NCBI RefSeq assembly: GCF_016432865.1
Contig: NC_067402.1
Span: forward strand, 292,206,001-292,270,000
DNA from: Antechinus flavipes
Taxonomy: Eukaryota
Length of the DNA stretch: 64,000 nt
Direction: 5' to 3'
Part shown: in pieces, positions 63,557-64,000 of the stretch
Numbering within the stretch: position 1 is the first letter of the stretch
How the letters are laid out: the number at the start of each line of letters is the position of its first letter
The notes under the pieces: generated by a model
What the model saw: only the letters and a program-made list of their open reading frames with translations
The model's database searches: none
Told to the model about the DNA's origin: nothing
Position numbers and translations under genes: made by a program

Positions 63557-64000
63557 TTACAGTGGGGTCTGTAGTGGGGACGGGGCGGGGAGTGTCAGGG
63601 TGAAGGGGCAGAGAACGCCCTTCCCCCCCATAGGGAAGGGCTTCAGCTGGCGAGCCTCGAACTGCGCCGTTCCCTCGGACACAGTGAAGGTGGCCGTGAC
63701 CTGCTGGTTGAGGCAGTAGATGGTGTTCCCCAGGACCGCACATCGGAGCGGGATGGGCTCCGGAAGGGGCAGGGGGGCGGCCTGGCTCCAGGACCCCGTG
63801 ACCGTGTTGTAGCGCATCACGGCGGCGCCGACCCCGCGCAGCAGGTCAAAGCGGTACAGGAAGCCGCCCAGTGCCACCATGTCGCTGGAGCGCCGGTGGC
63901 TGGCACTGTAGGGGCACTCGGCCCAGCAGTCCTGCGGGGGGCTGTACTTGAGCAAGCGGTAGAAGAGGTGGCCCCCCGTGACATAGATGTCCCCCCGGCA
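63557..64000 (-). CDS. KLHDC7B: Kelch domain-containing protein 7B, C-terminal part (5' portion outside the window)
   Basis: CRGDIYVTGGHLFYRLLKYSP...CPYSASHRRSSDMVALGGFLYRFDLLRGVGAAVMRYNTVTGSW...LQTPL*; kelch GG/Y/W pattern; expected position next to SYCE3. Confidence 0.93.
   Translation of the reverse strand, partial: CRGDIYVTGGHLFYRLLKYSPPQDCWAECPYSASHRRSSDMVALGGFLYRFDLLRGVGAAVMRYNTVTGSWSQAAPLPLPEPIPLRCAVLGNTIYCLNQQVTATFTVSEGTAQFEARQLKPFPMGGKGVLCPFTLTLPAPSPLQTPL

Overview
Vertebrate genomic DNA. The CORE-SINE/WSINE1-like and L1 repeat content points to a marsupial, probably a dasyurid (inference). The gene order matches the human 22q13.33 block. It contains MAPK8IP2 (minus strand, 5 coding exons, 3' end outside the window), a ~27 kb repeat-rich interval, complete CHKB (11 exons, 388 aa), complete CPT1B (18 coding exons, 774 aa), SYCE3 (2 coding exons, 88 aa) and the 3' end of KLHDC7B (minus strand). 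All exon calls were checked for GT/AG boundaries and reading phase. The main unexplained signal is in the MAPK8IP2-CHKB interval. About 13 collinear minus-strand peptide blocks from ~31.5 kb to ~25.4 kb, and possibly from 33.3 kb, resemble SAMD9/SAMD9L, an antiviral AlbA_2/STAND-NTPase family. They form a heavily decayed, transposon-interrupted gene lying head-to-head with CHKB, away from the canonical SAMD9 locus. Other notable items: a cluster of REST/RE1 half-sites upstream of MAPK8IP2, a PPRE+MEF2+E-box module just after the CHKB poly(A) signal, inverted repeats in MAPK8IP2 intron 1, and a ~703-bp L2-derived tandem array with in-phase N gaps. Comparisons to human proteins and motifs are from memory, not from database searches.
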